This document shows, one piece after another, positions 10,114-19,030 of a stretch of DNA of 64,000 nucleotides. The stretch is taken from the NCBI GenBank assembly GCA_964597545.1, contig CAZQXN010000009.1:16-64015 (forward strand), given 5' to 3'. The position numbers and the translations under genes are program-made. The first letter of the stretch is position 1. Each line of letters begins with the position of its first letter. The notes under the pieces are model-generated. The model was not told the DNA's origin, ran no database searches, and saw nothing but the letters and a program-made list of their open reading frames with translations. The DNA comes from an uncultured Planctomycetia bacterium (GTDB lineage Bacteria; Omnitrophota; Gorgyraeia; 1-14-0-20-64-10).

Positions 10114-10592
10114 ACCTGCTCGGTAACGGAAAGAATTTCCTGACGACCCAGGTGGATTCTGCGGTCGGCTGGGCACGGAAGTTCTCCCTCTTTCAATATC
10201 CCTTTGTGACTGCCTGCTGCGGCATGGAGTACATGGCGACTGCCTGCTCCCACTACGACATTGACCGCTTTGGAGCGGGCTTCCCCCGCTTCTCCCCCCG
10301 GCAGGCTGATCTCCTCTTTGTGGTCGGGACCATCAGCCACAAGCTTGCCCCGGTCCTCAAGACCATCTATGATCAAATGGCCGAACCCAAATGGGTAATT
10401 GCCTTCGGGGTCTGTACCTGCACCGGGGGGTTCTATGACAACTACGCGACGGTCATGGGGATTGACACGATCATCCCGGTGGACATTTACATCCCGGGCT
10501 GTCCGCCGCGTCCAGAGAATGTGTTGGACGGCTTAATGAAACTGCAGGCAAAAATTCAGGAGGAGCACCGTGGACCCCGCCGCGCTGTGTGA
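10107..10592 (+). CDS. nuoB: NADH-quinone oxidoreductase subunit B
   Basis: PSST/NuoB cysteine ligands (TACCGMEYMA, GVCTCTGGFY, GCPPRPE). The start is uncertain (TTG at 10107; there is no in-frame ATG). Confidence 0.85.
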   Translation, partial: GVNLLGNGKNFLTTQVDSAVGWARKFSLFQYPFVTACCGMEYMATACSHYDIDRFGAGFPRFSPRQADLLFVVGTISHKLAPVLKTIYDQMAEPKWVIAFGVCTCTGGFYDNYATVMGIDTIIPVDIYIPGCPPRPENVLDGLMKLQAKIQEEHRGPRRAV

Positions 10593-11154
10593 GCTTCTCC
10601 AGAAGCGTTTCGCCGATGGCGTGATTGCGACACACCACCATCGGGGAGATGCGACGGTGACCCTTGGCAAGGGGTGCCTTTTAGAGGCGGCCCGCTTCTT
10701 AAAGGAGGAACCCTCCCTTCAGATGAACTTTCTTGTGGATTTGACCGCCGTGGATTACTTGAACTTTGGCCAGTGCCTGCCCGCTGGCGGGGCCTTTGCC
10801 AATCAGGGAGTGCCGTTGGCCCCCCCAAGCGCTCTTCAGGATGATCTCCCTTGGCCGGGATCGGCAACCCCAGAGCGCTTTGAGGTGGTTTATCACTTCT
10901 TCTCTTTGTGCCACCGGCACCGCATACGAGTGAAGGTTCCGGTTGGGGTGGAGGACCTGGCGGTGGATTCATTGGTTTCACTCTGGGCAGCGGCCGATTG
11001 GTTTGAGCGTGAGGTGTGGGACATGTTCGGGATCCATTTTCAGGGACATCCGAATCTTAAGCGGATCCTCATGTACGAGGAGTTTCAGGGCCATCCCTTG
11101 AGAAAGGATTATCCGGTGAACAAGCGTCAGCCCCTGCTGGGACCCATCAACTGA
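10570..11154 (+). CDS. nuoC: NADH-quinone oxidoreductase subunit C
   Basis: 30-kDa subunit family (AADWFEREVWDMFGIHFQGHPNLKRIL motif). Confidence 0.85.
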   Translation: MDPAALCELLQKRFADGVIATHHHRGDATVTLGKGCLLEAARFLKEEPSLQMNFLVDLTAVDYLNFGQCLPAGGAFANQGVPLAPPSALQDDLPWPGSATPERFEVVYHFFSLCHRHRIRVKVPVGVEDLAVDSLVSLWAAADWFEREVWDMFGIHFQGHPNLKRILMYEEFQGHPLRKDYPVNKRQPLLGPIN

Positions 11155-12536
11155 TGAGCGAGCGCACCGTGGCAGATCACCCCCTTGAAACACGCGAGAT
11201 GCTCTTGAACGTTGGCCCTGCGCATCCGGCTATGCATGGGATTGTTCGCTTGATCATGAAGCTGGAGGGGGAGACCATTCGAGAAGCCGAGACCGAGATC
11301 GGCTATCTCCACCGGGGTTTTGAGAAGATGTCTGAAAACGTCTCCTACAACGGTGTCATCCCCTATACCGACCGGCTCAACTACGTCTCTCCCCTCATCA
11401 ACAACATGGGGTACTGCATGGCGGTGGAGAAGCTTTTGGGACTCTCTGTACCGGAGCGCTGCCATGCGATACGGGTGATCATGTCTGAGATCTCCCGCAT
11501 CACAGATCACCTGACTTGCATCGGGGCGACCGCGATGGAGCTGGGGGCCTTTACGGTATTTTTGTACATGATCAAGGCCAGAGAATATCTTTGGGAGCTG
11601 GTCGAGGCGGTGACCGGAGCGCGTCTCACTGTTTCTTATTGCCGGGTGGGCGGGGTCAAGGCGGATTTGCCGGTTGATTTTGAAGGGCAGTGCCGCAAGG
11701 CGCTTCAGCAGACCCGCGATGTTCTGCTTGAGGTGGATAAGCTTCTGACGCGCAACCGGATCTTTGTTGATCGACTCAAGGGAACGGGTCGGATTTCACA
11801 AGAAGCGGCCATCTCTCATGGGATGACCGGCCCCTTCCTGCGCTCGACCGGTGTTAACTACGATGTCCGCAAAGTTTCACCCTATGCGATCTATGACCGC
11901 CTTGATTTTGAGGTCCCCCTGGGGGTGGAGGGAGACAACATGGAGCGGTATTACGTGCGAATGCAGGAGATGGAGCAGTCGGCGCGGATCATTGAGCAGT
12001 GTCTGGAGCGGATGCCCGCGGGTCCTGTCGGTGTGGATCCCCAGACCGGCCGCCCATGGTCAGGGCAGGGTGGGTCCCCACAGGTGATGCCGGCGGCTGA
12101 GATGGTGGACAAGGCGAAGCTGGGAAAAATCGATGAGATCCGAGGTAAGGTTGCCGGGGTGGGGCCCACGTTGGCCGGCGGCGAGAAGCCCATACGGGGA
12201 GGGATTGCTACCGGCGAGAAGCAGGTCTCTTTGCCGCCTAAGGAAGATACCTACGGCAACATCGAGGGGCTCATGAACCACTTTAAGCTTGTCATGATGG
12301 GTCATGGGATTCGACCGCCCAAAGGGGAGGTGTACTTGCCCGTAGAGGGGGCCAACGGAGAGCTCGGTTTTTACATTGTCAGCGATGGCTCAGAAAATGC
12401 TTACCGGGTTCGGGTTCGACCTCCCTGCTTTACGATTATGTCTGCCCTCTCCCAGATGTTGGTGGGGGATATGATGGCTGATTTGGTCCCCACCTTTGGA
12501 TCAGTCAACATGATTGGCGGAGAACTGGACCGATGA
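11154..12536 (+). CDS. nuoD: NADH-quinone oxidoreductase subunit D, with a ~55-aa Gly-rich insertion
   Basis: 49-kDa subunit motifs (N-terminal GPAHPAMHG, C-terminal GELGFYIVSDG). It is 460 aa rather than the usual ~400-417. Confidence 0.9.
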   Translation: MSERTVADHPLETREMLLNVGPAHPAMHGIVRLIMKLEGETIREAETEIGYLHRGFEKMSENVSYNGVIPYTDRLNYVSPLINNMGYCMAVEKLLGLSVPERCHAIRVIMSEISRITDHLTCIGATAMELGAFTVFLYMIKAREYLWELVEAVTGARLTVSYCRVGGVKADLPVDFEGQCRKALQQTRDVLLEVDKLLTRNRIFVDRLKGTGRISQEAAISHGMTGPFLRSTGVNYDVRKVSPYAIYDRLDFEVPLGVEGDNMERYYVRMQEMEQSARIIEQCLERMPAGPVGVDPQTGRPWSGQGGSPQVMPAAEMVDKAKLGKIDEIRGKVAGVGPTLAGGEKPIRGGIATGEKQVSLPPKEDTYGNIEGLMNHFKLVMMGHGIRPPKGEVYLPVEGANGELGFYIVSDGSENAYRVRVRPPCFTIMSALSQMLVGDMMADLVPTFGSVNMIGGELDR

Positions 12537-12557
12537 AAGGTCTGGCTCTGAGGATGT

Positions 12558-14318
12558 ATGAAAGTGCCTGACCCTTTGGTACAACTTGAACCTCAGGCAC
12601 GCGAGATCATCGGCCGCTACGAAGAGAAGCGGGCGGCGATGCTGCCTATGCTGTGGCTGGTTCAGAAGGCGTTTGGGGTTGTCTCCCCAGAGGCAGAGGC
12701 ATGGGTCAGTGACCAGCTAGAGGTTCCGATCGTTCATGTGCGAGAGGTGGTCTCTTTCTATACCTTACTGCGCACCGAGCCTGTTGGAAAACAGTGCATC
12801 CAAGTCTGCAATTCACTCTCATGCCGACTCAAGGGTTCTGAGGCGCTCCTTAAAAACTTGAGTGATAGATACGGGATTGGGCCGGGCCAGACCACGCCTG
12901 ATGGCAGCGTCACCCTTTCGAGGGTAGAGTGTCTCTGCGCTTGCGAAGCTGCCCCGGTTGCACAGGTGAATGAGCAGTACGAGCGACTCCAAGAGGGATC
13001 AGACCCCTTTTGGATCTCTAGCGAGGGCCCGGTTCTCTCTAAACGGTTTAAGCATGCCGAGGGCTGTTCGCTGGAAGCGTACCTTGCCGATGGGGGGTAC
13101 CAAGCAGCCAAAAAGGTGCTCACCCGCATGAAACCTCAAGAGGTCATCGATGAAGTCACCCGGGCGAATCTTAGAGGCCTGGGGGGTGCAGGTTTCTCAG
13201 CCGGCAAGAAATGGAGCTTTGTGCCGAAGAGGAGCGGCAAACCTGTTTTCCTTGTGGTCAACGCCGATGAGGGGGAGCCGGGCACCTTTAAGGATCGCTA
13301 TATTCTTGAACGGGATCCTCATGCCCTGATTGAGGGGATGATCATCGCTGCTTTTGCCATCGGCGCGCACAAGGCCTATGTCTACATCCGCGGTGAGTAT
13401 GTCCGTCCGGCTGAACGCTTGGCACGCGCTTTGGAGGAGGCCAAGAAGGGCGGCTGGCTTGGAAAGAAAATCCAGGGGACCCGCTTTGATCTTGAGGTGG
13501 TCATCCACATGGGGGCAGGGGCCTATATCTGCGGCGAGGAGACAGCCCTCTTAAGCTCCCTGGAAGGGGGCAAGGGTTTTCCGAAGCTCAAACCCCCTTT
13601 TCCGGCGATCTCGGGGCTCTTTGGGTGTCCGACCATCATCAACAATGTTGAGACCCTTGCCTGCGTGGGGCCGATTCTTCAAATGGGGGCGGCGTGGTTT
13701 GCAGGGCTTGGGACGCCCCAGCAGGGAGGAACAAGGTTCTTCAGTTTGTCTGGACATATCCGCCGGCCTGGTTTGTATGAGGCCCCTGTGGGTATTCCTT
13801 TGCGGCAGTTGATTGAGGACAAGCGTTATGGCCAGGGGATCCGAGAGGGCAAGAAACTTAAGGCGGTGATCCCGGGCGGGATCTCGGCCAAGATTTTCAA
13901 AGCCGATGAGATTGATGTGCCGATGGACTGCGACTGTATGTTGGCGGCAGGCAGCATGGCTGGTTCGGCCGGGGTGATTGTGTTGGATGAGACGGCTTGC
14001 ATGGTGGAGGCCTTGCGTGCTGCAACCCATTTCTTTGCCGAGGAATCTTGCGGGCAATGTTCTCCGTGCCGAGAGGGGACTGGCTGGATCCATAAGGTGG
14101 TCGAGCGCATCGCAGCGGGGAAGGGACGTGCGGCTGATCTGGAGACACTGCTTTCGGCTGCGCGCAACATGGAGGGCAATACGATCTGCGTTTTTGCCGA
14201 TGCGGCTGCCTGGCCGGTGATCTCCTACATCACCAAGTTCAGAGAAGAATTTGAGCACCACATCCAAACCGGCGCATGCCCCCTCAAGGGGCGTCTCCTG
14301 GAAGGGGTGGAGGCATGA
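12558..14318 (+). CDS. nuoEF: fused NADH-quinone oxidoreductase subunits E and F (24-kDa plus 51-kDa)
   Basis: The N-terminal ~165 aa carry the NuoE 2Fe-2S cysteines (CNSLSC ... CLCAC). The remainder is NuoF (GLGGAGFSAGKKW, FMN/NADH site, ESCGQCSPCREG 4Fe-4S motif) in one continuous frame. Confidence 0.85.
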   Translation: MKVPDPLVQLEPQAREIIGRYEEKRAAMLPMLWLVQKAFGVVSPEAEAWVSDQLEVPIVHVREVVSFYTLLRTEPVGKQCIQVCNSLSCRLKGSEALLKNLSDRYGIGPGQTTPDGSVTLSRVECLCACEAAPVAQVNEQYERLQEGSDPFWISSEGPVLSKRFKHAEGCSLEAYLADGGYQAAKKVLTRMKPQEVIDEVTRANLRGLGGAGFSAGKKWSFVPKRSGKPVFLVVNADEGEPGTFKDRYILERDPHALIEGMIIAAFAIGAHKAYVYIRGEYVRPAERLARALEEAKKGGWLGKKIQGTRFDLEVVIHMGAGAYICGEETALLSSLEGGKGFPKLKPPFPAISGLFGCPTIINNVETLACVGPILQMGAAWFAGLGTPQQGGTRFFSLSGHIRRPGLYEAPVGIPLRQLIEDKRYGQGIREGKKLKAVIPGGISAKIFKADEIDVPMDCDCMLAAGSMAGSAGVIVLDETACMVEALRAATHFFAEESCGQCSPCREGTGWIHKVVERIAAGKGRAADLETLLSAARNMEGNTICVFADAAAWPVISYITKFREEFEHHIQTGACPLKGRLLEGVEA

Positions 14319-15925
14319 GTGCCGTCCAGCGCGTTACCCTGACCATTGACGGGCAGTCGGTTTCAGTCTCCCAGGGAACCACGGTCATGCAGGCTGCCGA
14401 GCAGATCGGCATCTTCATCCCCCGCTACTGCTACCATCCGGGCCTCTCCATTGCCGGCAATTGCCGCATCTGTTTGGTGGAGATTGAAAAGGTGCCCAAG
14501 CTTCAGATCTCCTGCAACACCCCGGCGGCCGAAGGGATGATGGTTCTGACTCAATCGCCGCGCGTGCTGAAGGCCCGGCGGGCGGTGTTGGAGTTCTTGT
14601 TGATCAACCATCCCCTGGATTGTCCGGTGTGCGACCAATCCGGGGAGTGCGACCTCCAGAATTACTACCAGGCTTACGGCCAGTACGATGCCAGGTTTAC
14701 GGAGCAAAAAGTCAAGAAGCCCAAGGCGGTTCCCTTGGGGCCCACCGTTATGCTGGATGCCGAGCGCTGCATCCTCTGCTCCCGTTGCGAGCGATTCACC
14801 GACGAGGTCTCTAAGACCGGGGATCTGGGGATCTTCAATCGAGGTGATAAGGCCCAGGTTGGTCTTTACCCCGGCAAGGCACTTGATCACAGCTATTCCG
14901 GCAATGTTGTGGATCTCTGTCCGGTGGGGGCTTTGACCGATCGCGAGTTCAGGTTCAAGGCCAGGGTCTGGTATCTTTCCGCTGCGCCATCAATCTGCAC
15001 CGGGTGCGCCCAAGGGTGCAACATTGATCTCCATTACACGCTGGACCGTCCCCATCTGGCTGAGGGTGCTCGAGTCATGAGGGTCAAGCCTCGGCACAAT
15101 GCCCATGTGAATCACTGGTGGATGTGTGATGAGGGCCGGTACGGCTACAAATTTATCGACCGGGAGCGATTGACTCATGTGCGCTTGAGGGGGGCCAAGA
15201 GCAGCTGGGAGGCGGCGTTGTCTGAGGTTGCGGTTTTGCTCCATCGCATCCGGGTGCAGGAGCGCTATAAGGCGATTGCGCTCCTACCCTCAACACAGCT
15301 GACCCTAGAGGAGATGTTCTTGGTGAGCCAGCTTGGCAAGGCGCTGGGGGTGAAGGGCATTTCTTCTCAAGTTCCAGCCCGGCCCGGATACAGCGATGAT
15401 TTCTTGATTCAAGCAGACAAAAGCCCCAATGCGTTCGGAGCAAGGTTGATTGGTTTCGGGGAAGGGGGGGCTCAGAGCGCAGAGGAGCTTATCCAGCACT
15501 GCTTGTCAGGCAAGGTGGATCTTTTGTGGGTATTCGGCCACGATCTGGTTGATCTATTCGGCAAGGAAAAGGCCAAACAGGTCAGCCAAAAGGTGAAGTT
15601 GATGATCTTTCAGGGTGCCAACGAGAATCCCACCTGCCAGCTGGCGCATTGTGTGCTGCCCAGTGCTGTTTTCGCCGAGAAGGATGGTGTTTTTGTGAAT
15701 GCGCAGGTCCGGGCACAGCGCGTTACCCGGGCCTTTGATCCCCTCGCTGGGGTCAGGGCCGATTGGGAAATCTTATTGGATGTGGGAGCCCGTCTCGGGG
15801 TTCCGTTTGATTTTAAAACCCCGGAGGAGATCTTCGCCCTCTTGGGGGAATATCTGCCGGCCTTCAAGGGGTTGACCTATGAGCGGCTCGGTTCGGAAGG
15901 GGTGCAATTGACCGATGTGGATTGA
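14315..15925 (+). CDS. nuoG: NADH-quinone oxidoreductase subunit G (short form, ~537 aa)
   Basis: N-terminal 2Fe-2S and two 4Fe-4S Cys motifs (CYHPGLSIAGNCRICLVE, HPLDCPVCDQSGEC, CILCSRCERF). It lacks the long C-terminal extension of E. coli NuoG. The start overlaps the nuoEF stop. Confidence 0.85.
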   Translation: MSAVQRVTLTIDGQSVSVSQGTTVMQAAEQIGIFIPRYCYHPGLSIAGNCRICLVEIEKVPKLQISCNTPAAEGMMVLTQSPRVLKARRAVLEFLLINHPLDCPVCDQSGECDLQNYYQAYGQYDARFTEQKVKKPKAVPLGPTVMLDAERCILCSRCERFTDEVSKTGDLGIFNRGDKAQVGLYPGKALDHSYSGNVVDLCPVGALTDREFRFKARVWYLSAAPSICTGCAQGCNIDLHYTLDRPHLAEGARVMRVKPRHNAHVNHWWMCDEGRYGYKFIDRERLTHVRLRGAKSSWEAALSEVAVLLHRIRVQERYKAIALLPSTQLTLEEMFLVSQLGKALGVKGISSQVPARPGYSDDFLIQADKSPNAFGARLIGFGEGGAQSAEELIQHCLSGKVDLLWVFGHDLVDLFGKEKAKQVSQKVKLMIFQGANENPTCQLAHCVLPSAVFAEKDGVFVNAQVRAQRVTRAFDPLAGVRADWEILLDVGARLGVPFDFKTPEEIFALLGEYLPAFKGLTYERLGSEGVQLTDVD

Positions 15926-17012
15926 GCTGTTTATTAAAGCAGGGCTTGCGGCAGTTGTTTTCTTTGGGGTGCTGAATCTCGCCGGTTTGCACACCTGGAT
16001 TGAGCGCAAGCAGTCTGCAGTGATGCAGGATCGCATCGGGGCCAATCGCGCCTCCATCTTGGGGCTGCGCCTTTTGGGCCTCTTTCACCCCCTGGCCGAT
16101 GCCATCAAGATGTTTACCAAAGAGGATTTCATTCCTGCGCGCGCAGACAAGCTTCTCCACACCCTGGCTCCCTTTCTTTCAATCTTCTTTGCCCTGGCGG
16201 CTTTTGCCGCCATCCCCTTTGGGGATCGATTGATGGTGTGGGGACGAACCATTGAGCTGCAGGTGGCCAAGATCGATGTGGCCCTTCTGTACGTCTTTGC
16301 GATGCTCTCTTTGGGGATCTATGGGGTCATTCTGGCCGGCCTCTCCTCGCGGAGCAACTATGCGGTATTGGGGGGCTTAAGGGCAACGGCCCAGATGCTT
16401 TCCTATGAGATCAGCTTAGGCGTTGCCATCGTGGGCATCGTCATGGTCTTCGGCACCCTGGATCTGCAGGAGATGGTGCGGGCACAGGGGGCGTATTGGG
16501 CTGGGGGGTGGATTCCCCGATGGGGATTTCTCCTGCAGCCTCTCTCGGCAGTAATCTTCTTAACGGCTGCCTTGGCGGAAACCAAACGTGTGCCTTTCGA
16601 CCTGCCTGAGGGGGAGAGTGAGATTGTCGGCTACTTTGTTGAGTACAGCGGGATGAAGTTTGGGATGTTCTTCATGACCGACTTCATCGAGACGATCCTG
16701 GTGGCCTGTCTGGCCACCACCCTCTTCTTTGGGGGGTGGCAGGTGCCGTATCTGCATCCGGACGGTTTCCACTTTCCTTGGGGCGCGTTCTTGCCTGTAG
16801 GGCATCTGCTCTATGTGGGGTTGGGGGTGATGAGCTTCTCAGCCAAGGTCATCGCCTTCTGCTGGCTCTTCATGACGGTTCGCTGGACCCTGCCGCGCTT
16901 CCGCTACGATCAATTGATGCGGCTGGGTTGGAAGTATCTCTTTCCGCTGGCGGTAGCCAACGTGCTGCTGACGGGGTTGGTGTTGGCCCTGCTGTATCCG
17001 AAGGGGTGGTAA
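15915..17012 (+). CDS. nuoH: NADH-quinone oxidoreductase subunit H
   Basis: ND1 family, 8-TM; conserved (A/V)DA(I/L)K(M/L) and (E/Y)SE(I/L)V(A/G)G(F/Y) motifs. Confidence 0.9.
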   Translation: MWIELFIKAGLAAVVFFGVLNLAGLHTWIERKQSAVMQDRIGANRASILGLRLLGLFHPLADAIKMFTKEDFIPARADKLLHTLAPFLSIFFALAAFAAIPFGDRLMVWGRTIELQVAKIDVALLYVFAMLSLGIYGVILAGLSSRSNYAVLGGLRATAQMLSYEISLGVAIVGIVMVFGTLDLQEMVRAQGAYWAGGWIPRWGFLLQPLSAVIFLTAALAETKRVPFDLPEGESEIVGYFVEYSGMKFGMFFMTDFIETILVACLATTLFFGGWQVPYLHPDGFHFPWGAFLPVGHLLYVGLGVMSFSAKVIAFCWLFMTVRWTLPRFRYDQLMRLGWKYLFPLAVANVLLTGLVLALLYPKGW

Positions 17013-17016
17013 GGCG

Positions 17017-17589
17017 ATGATTGTAAGAAAGCGCGATCTCAACTTCTGGGAAAAGCTGTACCTGCCGGAGATTATCCGGGGGGTTGCGGTCACCTCCAAG
17101 CACTTCTTCAAAAACCTCTGGCTGCATACCGCCCACCGGGCGGGTCTTTTCAAAGATCGCCAGGCAGCGGTCACCTATCAATACCCGGAAGATCCCCGTC
17201 CCCTCTCGCCGCGTTTGAGGACCCGGCATCGCCTCACCGTTCGCGCCGAAGGGACCCCGCGATGCGTAGGCTGCATGATGTGTGAAACGATCTGTCCGGC
17301 CAAGTGCATCACGATTGTGGCTGGGGAGCACCCTGACCCCCATGTCGAGAAATACCCTGTCCGGTTTGACATTGATTTAGGGATGTGCGTCTATTGCGGC
17401 TACTGCGTGGAGGCTTGCCCTGAGGATGCGATTCGGATGGATACCCAAATTCTAGACATCGCCAGCACCAGCCGAGACGACATGAAGCTGGACCTGCATG
17501 CCCTGATGGATCCTAAGCTGCGCAAGCCGCTGACGCGTTGCGCCTTAAGCTTTCCGCACCACTGCGCTTTCCAAAAACCGGCGCCCTAA
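17017..17589 (+). CDS. nuoI: NADH-quinone oxidoreductase subunit I
   Basis: Two CxxCxxCxxxCP ferredoxin motifs (CVGCMMCETICP, CVYCGYCVEACP). Confidence 0.9.
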   Translation: MIVRKRDLNFWEKLYLPEIIRGVAVTSKHFFKNLWLHTAHRAGLFKDRQAAVTYQYPEDPRPLSPRLRTRHRLTVRAEGTPRCVGCMMCETICPAKCITIVAGEHPDPHVEKYPVRFDIDLGMCVYCGYCVEACPEDAIRMDTQILDIASTSRDDMKLDLHALMDPKLRKPLTRCALSFPHHCAFQKPAP

Positions 17590-18998
17590 AACAGAGCCCG
17601 AACGGTAGCAAAGGCCAGCTGAACCCAAGGTCCCTGGAAGATTCCGATTCCCACCATCGCCACCAGGCAAGCATAAAGGGCTATTCGGATTGAAAGTGCG
17701 ATGGGAATCGGGGAGGCCTCCGTCGGGGGGTCGGCATACATGGTCTTGACGATCAAAAGATAGTAGTACAGGGAGATGATCACTCCAGCCAACCCCACGA
17801 GCCCCAAGCCCAGATGGGCCTGATGAAAGGCCGACAAGAGCAGCAGGAACTTTCCGAAGAATCCGGATAGCGGCGGAATGCCGGCTAAAGACAACAAGGC
17901 CACCAGGAGTGTTGCCGCCAACAGGGGAGAGCGGCGGCTTAAGCCCGCGTAATCCCGAATTTCATCGGATCCCACCTGCCTCGAGAAAGCGATGACCACC
18001 AGGAAGACCGCCAGGTTGGTAAAGAGGTAGCTCACCAGGTAGAAGTTGATTGCTGTGGCCCCCAGGCTGGTGCCCGCGGCCACTCCGATCAGGAAATATC
18101 CCGCATGGCCAATCGAGGAATATCCCAAGAGGCGCTTGATATTCTTCTGCGGGATGGCACCCAAATTTCCATAGAGGATGGTCAGCCCCGCAATCCATGC
18201 AACGAGGCCTGTCCAGGCCTCTGCTTGCGGCAAGAAGATCTCGTAGAGCAGCCGAAAGATAACCAAGAGCCCCACGGCCTTAGAGCCCACAGAGAAGAAG
18301 GCGGTGACCGGTGTGGGGGCCCCCTGGTAGACATCGGGCGCCCACAGATGGAAAGGAACCGCCGCCACTTTGAAGAGTACCCCGGCCAAGACCAATAGGA
18401 GCCCCAGCATAAGCCCGGCCGGCAGCAGCGTGGCGGATTCAACCGCCTGTCGGATTGCAGAAAATTGGATCGACCCGCTGGCACCGTAAAGGAAGGCGAC
18501 ACCATACAGCAGGAAGGCCGAAGCCACGGAACCGAGGATCAGGTACTTTATCCCGGCCTCCAGGGAAGCGGGATGGGTCTTGAGGTATGCAGTGAGGATG
18601 TAAAAGGTGATGGTGACCAGCTCCAAGGAAACAAAGAGCATCAAGAAGTTTGCTGAGGAGGCTGCAAACATCATTCCCAGGGTAGCGGTCAAGATCAGCA
18701 GATAAAACTCCCCATGTCCTTCTGCCAGGGTCGCCTGGAACTGACGAGTCATGAGCAGCACCAAGAAGGCCGTGCCCACGAAGATCGCCTTAAAGAAGAT
18801 GGCCAGCGCATCCACCCGATACATGCCCCCTAGAACTTCCTGCGGGGCAGCGTGCCACTGCATTGCCAGCAAAGGAAGTGCCAACAGAATGCCCGCAGCC
18901 GAGATCGTCCCCATCCAGAAGAGTCGCTTAGGAATGCGTGTCAAGTCCATGGCCAGCACCCCGAGAATCAGCAGGCCTACGTAAAGCTCCGGAAGCAT
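17586..18998 (-). CDS. nuoN: NADH-quinone oxidoreductase subunit N
   Basis: ND2-family antiporter-like subunit (FHLWAPDVYQGAPTPV motif). Start taken at MLPELYVGLL. Its stop codon overlaps the nuoI stop on the opposite strand. Confidence 0.85.
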   Translation of the reverse strand: MLPELYVGLLILGVLAMDLTRIPKRLFWMGTISAAGILLALPLLAMQWHAAPQEVLGGMYRVDALAIFFKAIFVGTAFLVLLMTRQFQATLAEGHGEFYLLILTATLGMMFAASSANFLMLFVSLELVTITFYILTAYLKTHPASLEAGIKYLILGSVASAFLLYGVAFLYGASGSIQFSAIRQAVESATLLPAGLMLGLLLVLAGVLFKVAAVPFHLWAPDVYQGAPTPVTAFFSVGSKAVGLLVIFRLLYEIFLPQAEAWTGLVAWIAGLTILYGNLGAIPQKNIKRLLGYSSIGHAGYFLIGVAAGTSLGATAINFYLVSYLFTNLAVFLVVIAFSRQVGSDEIRDYAGLSRRSPLLAATLLVALLSLAGIPPLSGFFGKFLLLLSAFHQAHLGLGLVGLAGVIISLYYYLLIVKTMYADPPTEASPIPIALSIRIALYACLVAMVGIGIFQGPWVQLAFATVRALF

Positions 18999-19030
18999 CA
19001 CAGACCAGCCGGTAGGGGGGGTGAGGGGCG

